Shown here: piece after piece, positions 1-11,990 of the stretch
How positions within the stretch are numbered: position 1 is the first letter of the stretch
Layout of the letters: each line of letters opens with the position of its first letter
Assembly (NCBI RefSeq): GCF_001194135.2
Contig: NC_068984.1
Coordinates: forward strand, 12,003,872 to 12,067,871
Length of the DNA: 64,000 bases
Direction: 5' to 3'
From: Octopus bimaculoides
Taxonomy: Eukaryota
The notes under the pieces: model-generated
Database searches by the model: none
The model's input: only the letters and a program-made list of their open reading frames with translations
Told to the model about the DNA's origin: nothing
Translations under genes and position numbers: made by a program

Positions 1-1554
1 GTAAAGTAAATTTGGGAATGAAAAAAATTGAAGATATTTCCATCGTCATTGAAAAATGTAACTTGATAAATCCTAAAGTTGAAATTAGAGCCCCAAAGAA
101 CTGAACCCAAACATTTTATATAATAATTACCATAATTCAGGGCGACTAGTAGTAGTCTACTAATATTTCACAAAGTCACTTTCTGGTATTAAACATCTTG
201 ACATTTTTCATATTCGGCCATATAAGGAGGTAACAGTACGAATCAAGATGCATTCAAACAAGCTTCTTACATACAACCATGACGTAAGACGCAATGGCTG
301 CTGTTGAAGACAAAAGCAAGAGACTAATTTTCACATAAAAATTATATAGATTTGAATCTTCTTCGAAAATGCCACGAAATTGTAACCAATTTTCTTAATG
401 AATACTATTTTACAGCAGTTTTATTAACGGCGAATACAAAATTATAATCATCAGCAATATTGTCTACTTAAACAAGAAAAAAGATTTTGTGAATACATTA
501 GAAATCCTTAAAATATTGATTTCTTTTGTAGGTGGTATAGCTGTAGATTATTGATCTCGGGGAACAAAAATATGAAGTCGATTCTTGTGAGACTTGAACT
601 CAGAGTTTTGAATTAAGGAACTGGCAATATATATGTAAAGCAGATAGCTTAGAAGTCTTCTTTCAAGGACATTTTTATTGTTCTTAACGATTAGACAAAA
701 GCATTTGGTAAAAATTAAGCCACACAGAGACCAGCACTTCGTCTCGCAAAATTTAGCTGGGGAAATACGTTTTAAAAAGTGGGTTTTCGTTTTTACTTGG
801 GCACAAGGCCGCAGAATTTTATGAGGGGGAAATAGGATTATTGACCATCACTCGATTCCTTAGAGTATTGTACTTCACTAAAACTTTACGGCATTAGTGC
901 TAACATCAAAGGGAAATTTATTGTCTTTAATCGGGAATCGAAATCGGTCCACTGGGAGTTTATTTCTGGCGCTTCTCATAAGTCACCGAATATTTGAATA
1001 AAATATTCTAAATATATGAACTCGAAAATGTCATTAATATATCACCATTATCTAAAACCTCTTGCTTTATCATACATAATTTTTGCTTGTTTATCATTGC
1101 TATTGATTTATAATAATCTACATTAGAACTAATTTAATTTTGCCATGCTGGAAGGTCAAACTTCTGGAAGCAACACTAACTAGAGAATTTACGAATATTT
1201 TGTTTGCATTAAAACGTGTTTGTAGCTTATATTATGACGCTTTGCTATTACCATATTTAAGACGTCATACACGGAGTTATCTTCCTTGGTAGTATCATGT
1301 TGACACGTTAACTATTGTTTTGAATAACTAAACGAGAAATAAAATTGAAACAGAAAGTATACTGGAAGACTGTTTAATGCAGTGATTCTCAAACTAGCAA
1401 ATACCAGCCTCTCTCTATGTTAGTGAAAATTCCACCCCCACCCCACTTCTTTATAAATGAGAAAACAAAATAGTGTTAGCAGCCATACAATTCTTCATCT
1501 TTCTTCTCCATAGCGATAGAAAAAAATTAAAACGATTATCTTAATTTTATTAAG

Positions 1555-1810
1555 TGAAGGCGCATAGCTTGGTGGTTACAGTACTGGATTCACGATCGTA
1601 AGGTTGTGGGTTCGATTCCCGGACCAGGCGGCGTGTTATGCTCTTGAACAAAGCAATATATTCCAAATTATTCGAGTCCAGCTGCAAATGAGTACAAGTC
1701 TAGTAATATTGCAGTCTTCTCTGTCTCACCAGCTGTTATATCAGGGATGTTTTACTAGGTCAAGGGCGAGAGGACTGAGAGGGTGTCTATGTTTGCTCAA
1801 GACTACATAG
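1555..1810 (+). mobile_element. Degenerate tRNA-derived SINE
   Basis: A-box-like TAGCTTGGTGG and B-box GTTCGATTCC, followed by a decayed CORE-like segment; head resembles the copies at 14535 and 40515. Confidence 0.6.
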
Positions 1811-1819
1811 ACACATTTA

Positions 1820-2055
1820 GCGAAAACTTACATGTTAGCAAACTGCAGTCACTCGTAAGCGACACCTAGCTGTGGTTTATTTGAACAATTTTACTAAACA
1901 TACCAGTTTGTCTGCCCCCTTTTCAATTCTCGCAGCTACCTCCCACCCCCGCTGCCTTGAAAATCGCTAATGTAATACATAACAATCATTCAATTTAGGA
2001 GCAGTTAGAAATATTTTTGTTGCTATTTTTGCTATCAATAATTTAAAGTAAGTAT
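1820..2055. promoter_or_regulatory. Candidate promoter/first-exon region
   Basis: CpG retained, C-rich boxes (CTCCCACCCCCGC), strong + donor AA|GTAAGT at 2048 and - donor AT|GTAAGT near 1830; CpG looks depleted downstream. Confidence 0.35.
1999..2047 (+). CDS. Candidate exon 1 of an unidentified spliced gene
   Basis: TTTAG acceptor, GTAAGT donor, open frame (G)AVRNIFVAIFAINNL(K), phase 1 to 2. Confidence 0.25.
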
Positions 2056-2529
2056 GTCCCTGGATTCCTTTTCTCTTTATTATAATTGTTTTTTATTTTT
2101 ATGACTCACTGCCCACCTGTGGACTTCATTCATCTCTTGTCTCATGGGCTGAAATGTTTTTTGTTTTTTTTTGTTACAATATGCATAGATGGGGCTCTCT
2201 GTGACTCAGGATACATCAACAGTTCTGGCGTTCTATGGGACTCAGTTATGTTGCTCATTCTCTTCTTCCTGTTCATTAATGCTTTGTTTGTTGTCAGAAC
2301 AGGGAAGACAAATGCCCTGAGCTTTCTGTGGTACCTTGGGGGCTTGGGAAAAAGAGAGGAAGAAACCGTGATAGATATCGTCAGAGAAAAGACTAGAGCT
2401 GACTTCTGACAATAGAGTGAACTCTACTAAATGGAGACATAGGCCAGGTGGTGATGTCAAACTTGGATAGATGTCTTTTTCTTTATAGAGTTAATCAAGA
2501 GAGAAGGCCCATGTTCTTAGCAGAATAAT

Positions 2530-3760
2530 CAAGACTGGTTAGATTGATGCAACCAATGTTCTGCTTCAATGGCTACAAGTTGTTGAAACTGGAGGGAAAA
2601 TGTAAACAGGTAATTCTAGAGTGTTGACTCTGGAGATCAAAAATGGAAAAGGTAAGGGGAAAAAGACTGTTAGTACTCAGCTTAGCTGAAGAGAGACAGT
2701 AGGGGTGATGAGGGAAGAAGCAAATAACTTGTGTGTGGGTAAGATACACAGTTTGCTATCTGTGAGGTGCAGAGGTTGTAGTAACTCTAGAAGAAGCAGA
2801 ATGAGGAAACAATCCATCAGTGCGTTAGAAGTTGGAGTGATAAATAAATCCTTGTAAATTGGTCAGACAATCATCTTTTGAATGAACAGCAACGGCACAA
2901 TGAAATCAGTATTCCATTGGAGTCATATGAGTTTTGTAGAGAGTCAACAGTTGTTCAGAGCTGAAGTATTTTGAGGCACTGAAAAATAAAGTTGGTCTGA
3001 GATGCAGTTTTTGCTATGTTAGGGAGTCATCAGTGATTGTAAGGCTTAGCATTTATAGTGATTTTGAAGGTTTAAATAGCATATTATTCAAGCATAGAGA
3101 GGAAAAGTTACAAAATTGTTTCCTATATACTATTGAAGAAGATAAGATTTTCATTTCTCCATTAGAGAATGTTTTTAAGGTTTCTATTCATGGAAGTGAT
3201 ACAAGTTTACCTGATATGAGGTGTTAAGTTTTACATGTTGAGGATGCCTGTGTGCAGAATATGAGTTAAGAATGGTATCAGTTGCTTAAGAGTGGGCAAG
3301 TGGAACATTAATGAACAAAGGGAAGAGTATTCACAACATAATTGAACTTTGAAGAAGACTAGAGTTGTTGGAGCACAAATAACAGAGTCCCATCAGCACA
3401 TGTTGGAATGATGTAAACAGACCAAAAGCTTTCAGCCCACAAGACAAGTTCAATTGAAACCAATAGGTGGGTAGTTAGTCAGATTTTCATACCAGGAGCA
3501 ATCAAAGGATTTTATTTCATTTTAGTGGAAATCAGCTAGGTTTGCAATAGATCTAATATAATCATTCCAAGAAAGATCTTTAGAAGTTCTGCCTAAAAGA
3601 TAAAGACTAGAAGACTCTGGAAGAACAGTATCAGGTATATAAATAGAAACATCATTGGAGTTTTTCAAGTTAAGAACAACATTGTTTTTACAAATTTCTC
3701 AACAGTTAGGACCAATTGGTGTGTGTGCTATAGAAGACTATTAACAATTTTTACTGTGGA
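2530..3760 (-). mobile_element. Decayed CR1/Jockey-group LINE, RT C-terminal half
   Basis: Minus strand reads KYFSSEQLLTLYKTHMTPMEY and ends ...ELPVYIFPP, typical of CR1-type RT tails; many stops and frameshifts. Confidence 0.7.
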
Positions 3761-4209
3761 TCAAATGAGCTTTAGCCATCGCAAAGAATCCTTAATTCCT
3801 TAATGCATGTGTCAATGTGTACATATGGATCTCAAACTATGTTTGTTTGTGTTTTTTTTACAATAGAACCTGTAAAGGGCATATACCCAAACCATAGCCA
3901 TTGCTCACAACCAAACATGGCTTAATAACAAGTATCATACTTACATTAATTGTTTTAAGTACTCTATGTAGTTGTGAGCATAGACTTATTCTATCGGTGT
4001 CTTTTGCCGAACTGCTATTATTATTATAGAAAACAAAACTAGATAAAATTCCTATCAGTAATCATCAGCAAACATATGCATATATCATTGTGTATATATA
4101 TATATATATATAGTGCAAAACCAATTGGTAAAATTGGCTATAATGGATATATAATACTGTACTCTTTGATTAATATATATATGTATGTTGTTGTCAACAA
4201 ATGAATGCC

Positions 4210-4480
4210 TTTATGGAGACCTGCCAAAAGTTAGCAAGAAGATCAGGCAAAGACAGCTGTGACTATCTGGTCACTGCGTGTGCCACCTTTAACTGGTAGC
4301 ATCCAAATTAGTCTTGTGGAACCCACTTCAAGGTGATGTACGAAAAGGAAAACATCATCACACTTACATCGACAACTTGATTGCAGACACTTGTCTGGAA
4401 TGTATCCAGGACATCGAGGATGGACTGAGAAGTGAGGTGGGTAGACTTTGTTGCTGTGGTCTGGGTTGGAACCCAGCCAT
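4210..4480 (+). mobile_element. RTE-clade LINE 3' end
   Basis: GHCV..LVLWNPLQGDVRKGKHHHTYIDNLIADT motif typical of RTE C-termini, followed directly by a simple-repeat tail. Confidence 0.75.
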
Positions 4481-4515
4481 AATAATAATAATAACAATAA
4501 TAATAATAATAATAA

Positions 4516-4546
<31 letters not shown>

Positions 4547-4557
4547 AAGAAGAAGAA
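4480..4557 (+). repeat. (AAT)n(AAG)n microsatellite, LINE tail
   Basis: Directly visible. Confidence 0.95.
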
Positions 4558-4699
4558 TATATACACAGAACTGCAAAAGAAATGTGATTTTTTCAAATGT
4601 CCTTTCTTTATGGTAAATTCTGAAAATTCATTTCGGGGATGTAAGTGTAAATATGCTGGTTTATGGCTGAGACCAAAATTGCAGGTAACTTTTCAGCTT

Positions 4700-5300
4700 T
4701 CCCTGAAATGGGATGCCAAAATGAAGTTGCATTGAATGCTGTGGGTGGCAGTCGCAAACAATTGTCATGGAAACCGAAATGCATGTGCATCTCGTGGAGG
4801 TTATGGGTATAAACATCAACTGGAACTGCGTTCCTGGCATTCATAATTTGGATGCATCAGGTATGACCTGATTGTCAGCAGTGCAGAGAGAACAAGCTAT
4901 TGGCCAATGGCAGCATCAACATTAGAGGTCAATAATCTTCTCTGACGAGAGCCAGTACTGCATTTCCACCTCGGATGGAGTGAGGGTGTGAATGTGGCGT
5001 AGGAAGGGTGAACACTACAGAGATGCATGTGGTGGCCAAAGCATCATGGTTTGGGGTGCTATAGGCCTGGATCAGAGAACTGCACCCCATGTGTTCCAAA
5101 ATGTTGGTGCAGGCAGAGGGAATGGCATCACAGTGCAGCGCTACGTTGACCAGATCCTAAAACCTCACACCGTGCCCTTCTTCATGCGTCACCATAGCCA
5201 CATGTTCCAGCAGGACAATGCTCCCTCCCACACAGCCAGGGTCACCATGGACTTCCTGCGTCAGCTCAACATCAGAACCATGTCTTTAACCTTTTAGTAA
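4700..5300 (+). mobile_element. Tc1-like transposase remnant
   Basis: IFSDES.., WRRKGE, SIMVWGAI, RYVDQIL, FQQDNAPSHTARVT motifs of a Tc1 catalytic domain, truncated before the final E. Confidence 0.85.
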
Positions 5301-5449
5301 ATATTTTGAACCCCTATTGGCTCTCCTTTAGTGTCATGCTTGATTGATTTTAACCAAATGGCTAAAACCACACTGCTTAAAAAGGAATAACAAAAAATGA
5401 ATTCTAATTACAACTATCTCACAACTCTGACTGTTTCTGATACTGCATC

Positions 5450-5640
5450 AGCCTGGCAGGCAGAATCATTAGCATAATGTATAATGGCTCTTTACATTCT
5501 GGGTTCAAATCTTGCCAAGGTCAACTTTGCTTTTTATCCTTTTGGGGTGAATGAAATAAAGTACCAGTCAAATACAAGGGTCAACGTAATTGACTAACCG
5601 TTTCCATAAAATTGCCTGCTTTGTGCTAATATTTGAATTG
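5450..5640 (+). mobile_element. SINE family N (Nin/Deu-like core), decayed
   Basis: GGCAGAATCATTAGCA head; GTCAACTTTGCTTTTTATCCTTT..AAAGTACCAGT core. Confidence 0.75.
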
Positions 5641-5857
5641 ATATCAAAAACAACAGCAACAACAAAAAGATGAGATTGATAACAATGACAACTGCAGCAA
5701 CAACAAGAGTAGTGGCCGTAAGAGCAGCAACGAGACTTGGTAGTGGAAGACAACATGGGGTTCAATGTGAGGCAACTGCATTGCTTAGCTATACCAAACC
5801 TAATTATGCTTCTCTAGGAAGAGAAACAAGAAATAAGAAAAACCATCACTTCATCAT

Positions 5858-6030
5858 CATCATCATTTAATGTCTGTTTTCCATACTGAAATGGGTTGGA
5901 CAGTTTGACAGGATCCTGTGAGCAGCAGTGCTTCAATGTCAGCTTTGGCATGGTTTTCTATGGTTGGATGCCCTTCTTAACTCCAAACACTTTACAGTGT
6001 GTACTTGGTGCTTTTTTTCATGCAACTGGC
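5858..6030 (-). mobile_element. Family A repeat (RTE 3' UTR-like, (GAT)n tail)
   Basis: (CAT)n followed by TTTAATGTCTGTTTTCCAT..GGATGCCCTTC. Confidence 0.75.
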
Positions 6031-6089
6031 ACTAGTTTGCTAAGTTAGATGACAGCGAAAGAACTGGGAAGGAGAAAAGCCCCTTTGAC

Positions 6090-6535
6090 TAAGTGGGGTG
6101 GGGGTATTTAGGAAGGTAGTTCTTTACTTCAGTGAAGGATGTAATAGAAATATCCATGCATGCGTGCTCCACCAAGGGATATGTACTCCAAGGGAAACAT
6201 GTAAAGTGACACTAAGCTATGTGCCACTTGAAATAAACATGTAAACATTAATTATTTTAGAATTACTTCAAAGGAGTATGGGGAGCCTGTTAACATAAAA
6301 TCTGGTCAAAACTAAAACTAGCAGTACAGATGATGCTCACTCCAGAAAACTTACTAAGGATTTCTGAACTCATTCACCTTGAGAATGGGGACCTAGTAAG
6401 AGTAGGAAGTAGGAGGGTTAGTTGTTACTCTTGTGGAAGCATCAACCACCAGAAGACGTTCTGTCCAGTGGCAAAAAGAAATAAAATCCTTCTATTGCCT
6501 ACATCACAACTACAGCAACAATACCAATAGTAGCA
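6090..6535 (+). mobile_element. Gag/ORF1-like remnant with CCHC zinc knuckle
   Basis: ORF 6330-6530 contains CYSCGSINHQKTFC = C-x2-C-x4-H-x4-C; upstream frame broken. Confidence 0.6.
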
Positions 6536-7654
6536 TCAAGAATGGCTGAGGTGGCAAAAGCCCATATCACCTCTTAAAACTTAACACTTGACTTTTGCAC
6601 CCAGCCCTAGTTTCTCTTTGGTCTGATTGAAGCATTTGCTCTTCTGCATCCTGGGGAAGGGATGTATTCCAATAGTCAGATGGTCCATCTGTTGCTAGTG
6701 CCTGCTAATTTTGCTGCTGTCTCTGCTGTCCCCAACTGTACTGTCATCATTGTCATTATTAGAGAGAAGTGTGAAAACAAATAAGAATGAGTGAGTCTTA
6801 TATAAATAACAAGTTGAATATAGAGAAAGAACAAAGTAGAGACAGAGAGAGAGAGAGAATGGGTGAATGAACTCAAATAGGATGCAAAGTAAGAGTAAGA
6901 TTCTAGTGGTGGTAACAGTGGGCTTCTGTACATTTGTAAATTCTGGAAATGGTAACAGTGAACTTCTGTACACCTGTGAATTTAAACCACTGCATTACAG
7001 CATCCTATCTGGTTTCCTAACAACAAAGTTACCTCAGAAATATTGAGAAAACATGATTACCTTTATGAGTTTGGTTAAGTTTGTATGCTGTTTAGTGAGG
7101 AGAAATCTAAGATTTAGGACTGACCTTTCATATATGTGGAAGGAGACTTTTTAACTGCATTATAGGAAGGCTATAAAATCAGGATACGAGTTTGAGGATA
7201 GTTGAACAGATAAGAAGAAAGTGTAGACAATGTAATATTATGTTGCTAATGATATTATTATCACAATAATTTTTTTCATTCCTTTAAGTTTTCATTTCAT
7301 CTGGTTAGAGGACAACAGTGTCAAATGCAGTAATAGAATAATAATAATAATAATTTTAAAAAATAAAGCAGTTATAATCTAAGAAGGAAGGTTACTTACA
7401 AAAGCCTAAAATTGATATTATATATTTAAAAAATTGCAATGTTTGCTTCAAAGTTTATACTGATGAATGATAATATAACTTCTCCATGAGAAATATAAAA
7501 TATATGTATTTCTGTATGTATGCATGCAAGTTTGTATACATGTATCTATGTATATAAGTAAGGTTTTATGATGGCGTAAGCATTATTGTTTTTTACATGT
7601 GGTTTTCTATATTGATATTGTGGGTCATTTTTCCAAGGTCTTTTTTTCAACTAG

Positions 7655-7720
7655 ATGTCAGAATGTCATCCACCCAGTAATATCTTTCTCTGCTGACCCC
7701 ATAAATATCAATTATTACAA
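7655..7720 (+). CDS. Candidate exon 2 of unidentified gene
   Basis: T-rich acceptor TTTTTTTCAACTAG, donor AA|GTGAGA, open frame CQNVIHPVISFSADPININYY, phase 2 to 2. Confidence 0.3.
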
Positions 7721-7816
7721 GTGAGAGATATGCGTTATTAGTTCATTATGTGACCTAGTGAGTTAGGTGTTTAACAGAGAAACTATCGTAGTAGCATTTG
7801 TTAGCATAGACACAGA

Positions 7817-7975
7817 CATGACGGGATAGTTAAGAAGCTTGCTTTGCAGCCTAGTAGTTTTGGGTTCAGTCACACTATATGGCACCATGGGTAAGAGTCT
7901 TCTACTATAGCCTTGGGCCAATCAATGTCTTGTGAGTGAATTTGGTAGACAGAAATTGTGTGGAAACTCATTGTA
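7817..7975 (+). mobile_element. SINE family C (CORE-type), 5' part
   Basis: GGCACCATGGGTAAGAGTCTTCTACTATAGCC CORE-like segment. Confidence 0.7.
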
Positions 7976-7980
7976 AATAT

Positions 7981-8216
7981 CATCATCATCATCATCATCA
8001 TCATCTAACGTCCGCTTTCCATGCTGGCATGGGTTGGATGGTTTGACTGGGAACTAGTGAGCCAGATGGCTGCACCAGGCTCCAATCTGACCTGGCAGAG
8101 TTTCTACAGCTGGATGCCCTTCCTAACGCCAACCACTCCAAGAGTGTAGTGGGTGCTTTTACATGCCACCGGCATGAGGGCCAGTCAGGCGGGTACTGGC
8201 AACAGTCACGCTCAAA
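7981..8216 (-). mobile_element. Family A repeat, well conserved
   Basis: (CAT)n-CTAACGTCCGCTTTCCATGCTGGCATGGGTTGG..GGATGCCCTTCCTAACGCCAACCACTCC. Confidence 0.9.
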
Positions 8217-8225
8217 TTTAATAAG

Positions 8226-8322
8226 TACCAGACTTAAAAACGAAATAAGTACTAAGTCAGATTCATTTGACAAACCTTTCGAGTTGGTTCTCCAGCATGA
8301 CTGTAGTTTAATGACTAGACAG
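8226..8322 (+). CDS. Candidate exon 3 of unidentified gene
   Basis: Open frame TRLKNEISTKSDSFDKPFELVLQHDCSLMTRQ, donor CAG|GTAAAA; acceptor weak and abuts a repeat. Confidence 0.25.
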
Positions 8323-8410
8323 GTAAAAGTTAAGGGTGAAAGGTAATTATTCTGTTTGGTAAGTGCTATATATACTTAGTTACCTAAATGTAAGCAGGTG
8401 CCATAAGAAA

Positions 8411-8765
8411 CAGAGCTATGGAGTTGAAACAAAAAACTTTGACTCCAACTCCTGAACTATTGGCGACTCTGACTCCTCTGTATGTAATTAAGTGATTGTG
8501 GTCTACATATCTCATAAAGCATATGCATATGCTTGTACTTTGAGTAGGCCTATATGTTATAACGTGTTTATATTAAAGAATAAAGATATTGTAAGTTGGT
8601 ATAGTTTTACCGGCTCTGACTCCAACTCCAGTTACTCCTTAACTGTTTCCGACTCCAACTCCATAACTCCGATTCCAACCCCATGACTCTGACTCTGACT
8701 CCATCACACCAACTCTGACTCCATGACTCCGACTCTGACTCCACGACTCCAACTCCACAGCCCTG
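8411..8765. mobile_element. hAT-type MITE with (GACTCC)n subterminal repeats
   Basis: TIRs CAGAGCTATGGAGTTG / CAACTCCACAGCCCTG; 8-bp TSD ATAAGAAA / GTAAGAAA (7 of 8 match). Confidence 0.85.
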
Positions 8766-9013
8766 GTAAGAAAGTGCTATTGTGGTTATTATTTAGCTCC
8801 AGGTTAGCTCTGATTAAGTAGACCTATGACTATAGGCTTTCCAGCCATGACTGCACCATTTGTATCACACACAGTCTATGTAGGTTTAAATTATTCAGTG
8901 TGACACTTCTCTTTTAAAGGGTGTGACATGGCAGCTAACTCTACCAGGTTCACTTACTGCATAGAGGATCCCTTAGTTATTAGGGAATATTTATAATTTT
9001 TGTATTTTTTCAG

Positions 9014-9115
9014 TTCAAGTACAACACTAATTTTGCAAAACCTTCCCTTCAAAAGCCTTTCCAGATGACTGATTTTTCTGAACCAGCAGTGGTCACTTTG
9101 GTCAAAATATCCTAA
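9014..9115 (+). CDS. Candidate terminal exon of unidentified gene
   Basis: Strong acceptor TTTTGTATTTTTTCAG, frame FKYNTNFAKPSLQKPFQMTDFSEPAVVTLVKIS*, AATAAA at 9127, 9137 and 9174. Confidence 0.3.
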   Translation, partial: FKYNTNFAKPSLQKPFQMTDFSEPAVVTLVKIS

Positions 9116-9504
9116 ATTAAATGCATAATAAATTGTAATAAATTATAATAATTATAATAAATTTACATAAACGAATAAAATACAGGTACATACGTATACA
9201 TGAGTGTAAATTTATGCTGATTATCAATGTTGGAAAGTTTGTGTTGTACCTGTACTTTGTTGTGTTGTATTCAAATCAACTTATGTGTAAAGGACTTCAA
9301 CCTTATTATACATTAAGGTACTTCAAAAATGGTAAAAACCCACAAAAAATCCTATCACTACTAGTCTAAATTCTAGTAAATTATAATAAAGAATCAGCTA
9401 ATGGCAGAATTTCCTTATAAGAATTGCAACAAATAAACTATTGTTTTTTTCTTCTCCCCCACTAAAAACATGTAAAAAATTAATACATACATACATATAG
9501 AATC

Positions 9505-10390
9505 TAAAGTCTGGTCACAGCACCATATCAAAGTTGATGCTAATATCATGGTATGTGTCTCATTTGTTCTTTCTGCACTGTTGTATTCTTCTGAAACTTG
9601 GACAATGTACATGCTTCATGTAAAAATATTAGAAAGGTTTCACCAGAAATGCCTATGTCACATATACAGAATAAGCATGTCCTCACTGATTCCTGATAGA
9701 GGTTCTTACTGAAACTAGGATCAATCAATCCAAGCCATGCTTATTAAAAATCAACTATGATGGTGGACAGGTCATCTCTTCTGTATGGATGATGAGCACA
9801 GCCCCTGGCAAATGCTTTATGGTGAGCTTATGTTGGGAAAAAGAAACAATGATACAAAAACTCTTTAAAATCAAATTTGAAATGTCTTAGATTAAGTTAC
9901 AAAAGTCTTGAATCACTTGTGACAGATAGGGAAGAATGGGGAGCTACAATTTGGAGCAGAATTAAAGATTTTGAGTTAAGAGTTAAGCATGCTGAAAGGA
10001 AAAAGAAGGTTTATAAAAATGAGATTAATATTAAGAGTGTTGCATGCGTTTCTCATTCTTTCTTTCGTTGTGCTTTATGCACAAAAATACGTATACTTCA
10101 TACTGGTATGAGATCACACTAGTGCACCTATGCAGGTAAGGTACACATGAACTATTGGGATTTCATTCTGGATGACCAGTTTCAATGCCATGTTTGTCAA
10201 AAACCCTACAGGTCAAATGGAGGATTGAAGCAGCGCTTAAAACATTCATAATAAACAAGCTGAAGATAGAACCAATACTGACTGAGACATTACTGCAGTA
10301 TTTGTGACCAGTTCTTCAAATGGCTTTCAGAGCTCAAAAGTCATTTAAGATCTTGAGCTAGGAAAGAGCAATTATAGGTATCTGAAGAGG
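9505..10390 (+). mobile_element. RTE/BovB-like LINE 3' portion ending in three C2H2-like fingers
   Basis: SALLYSSETWTMYMLHVKILERFHQKCLCHI hallmark; C-x2-C-x12-(H/R) motifs at 10069, 10186 and 10294. Confidence 0.85.
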
Positions 10391-10440
10391 TTAAACTCAG
10401 CAAGGAGCAGACAGCCACCATATATACATATATGTATACA

Positions 10441-10740
10441 TCATTCAAAATCCATTTTCCTTGCATGCTTGGGTAGGATGGATGACAGGAGCTGGCCAGG
10501 TAGACAAACTACCCAAGGTTACTGTGTCTGCTTTGGCAGGGATTTTACGGCTGGATGCCCTTCCTAACACTAACCACTCCAGAGAGTGGACCCGGTGCTT
10601 TTTACGTGGCACTAGCACAGGTGTGGTTAGTTTTAGCATGATTTTTACTGTTGGATGTCCTCCAAAACGCCAACCACGTTACAATGTGAACTGGATGCTT
10701 TTAATGTGGCACCAGCATTGGCAGGGTAACCAAGTAACTC
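10441..10740 (-). mobile_element. Family A repeat
   Basis: GGCTGGATGCCCTTCCTAACACTAACCACTCC and GGTGCTTTTTACGTGGCAC units. Confidence 0.8.
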
Positions 10741-11459
10741 ACATGATAAGGAATTATGAGAGGGGCAGGGAATTTGAGGAGGGGGAACTTGTGTCAGAGG
10801 ATGAAAGGTTAGAGTGTGACAGAGAGACAGAAACAGATGTTTTGCTATGACAGAGAGCATTAGAGGAGGTGATCTAGTATCAAATGATGAAAGCTTAGTG
10901 AGTAACAGAGAAAAAGAGAGGCAAAAATGGGTGTCTTGCTATAGAGGAATTTATTTAGAACAGTTCCTACCACAGGTCACTTTTAGGTCACTTGCCAATT
11001 AAAGTAGATTCCACAGACAGCTCTACTACTGGGTCATACCACTCCCATGTTTTCCTTTTATTTCTTCTTCTTCTTCTTCTTCTTCTTCTTCACTGTCCCT
11101 TTCCTCAGCTGTTGCTGCTTAAACCATCAAACTTCAGAACCAAACATTTCTCTGCACCCATAAACACTATTTCTTCAGATCTGCTACTACCTACTGAGCC
11201 TTCACAAAAGAAAACAGAGAGAGAGACAGACAGACAGACAGAAAAAAAAGAAAATGTCCTACCTATTTGAAGGCATGGAAACATTTACAACACATTTCAT
11301 TTAATTTTTTTCTTTAATTTAATTGTTTTTTTTTTGTTTTACTCTTAGTTGAAAAAGTCGAAAAGACTGAAACTGGTACTAACCTTTACAAAATGTATTT
11401 CATGATAAGATTATTTTAACATTTTCTACCTTGTCTTATTTTCTTCATATATATGTAGT

Positions 11460-11762
11460 GAAACTACCTCCCGCCATTAGATACAAACTACTATCGCCAT
11501 TACATACAATCTTCTCATTTAAATATAAATAAATGCGAGCGTAGTAGAGAACCCATTCCTTGTCCATCACGTGACTGATCATTATTCGAATCGGCAACTT
11601 CTTCGAACCTTTCCCGCCAGAACGCAAACTGACCAATCACGGCCCCTAATAAGGTCACGTGATAGAGTATATTTCTACCATCTGGTGAGCCAATAATTTG
11701 TTATAAATAGCTTTAACTCGGCAGCCAAATTTGTCTCGGTCCAGTTTCTCTTTGAGAACTGT
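11460..11762 (+). promoter_or_regulatory. TATA/CCAAT/E-box/E2F promoter
   Basis: TCCCGCC at 11469, TTTCCCGCC at 11610, TCACGTGA at 11567 and 11655, CCAAT at 11633 and 11690, TATAAATA at 11702, CpG retained. Confidence 0.6.
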
Positions 11763-11990
11763 NNNNNNNNNNNNNNNNNNNNNNNNNNNNNNNNNNNNNN
11801 NNNNNNNNNNNNNNNNNNNNNNNNNNNNNNNNNNNNNNNNNNNNNNNNNNNNNNNNNNNNNNNNNNNNNNNNNNNNNNNNNNNNNNNNNNNNNNNNNNNN
11901 NNNNNNNNNNNNNNNNNNNNNNNNNNNNNNNNNNNNNNNNNNNNNNNNNNNNNNNNNNNNNNNNNNNNNNNNNNNNNNNNNNNNNNNNNN
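11763..11990. other. Assembly gap
   Basis: Run of N. Confidence 1.
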
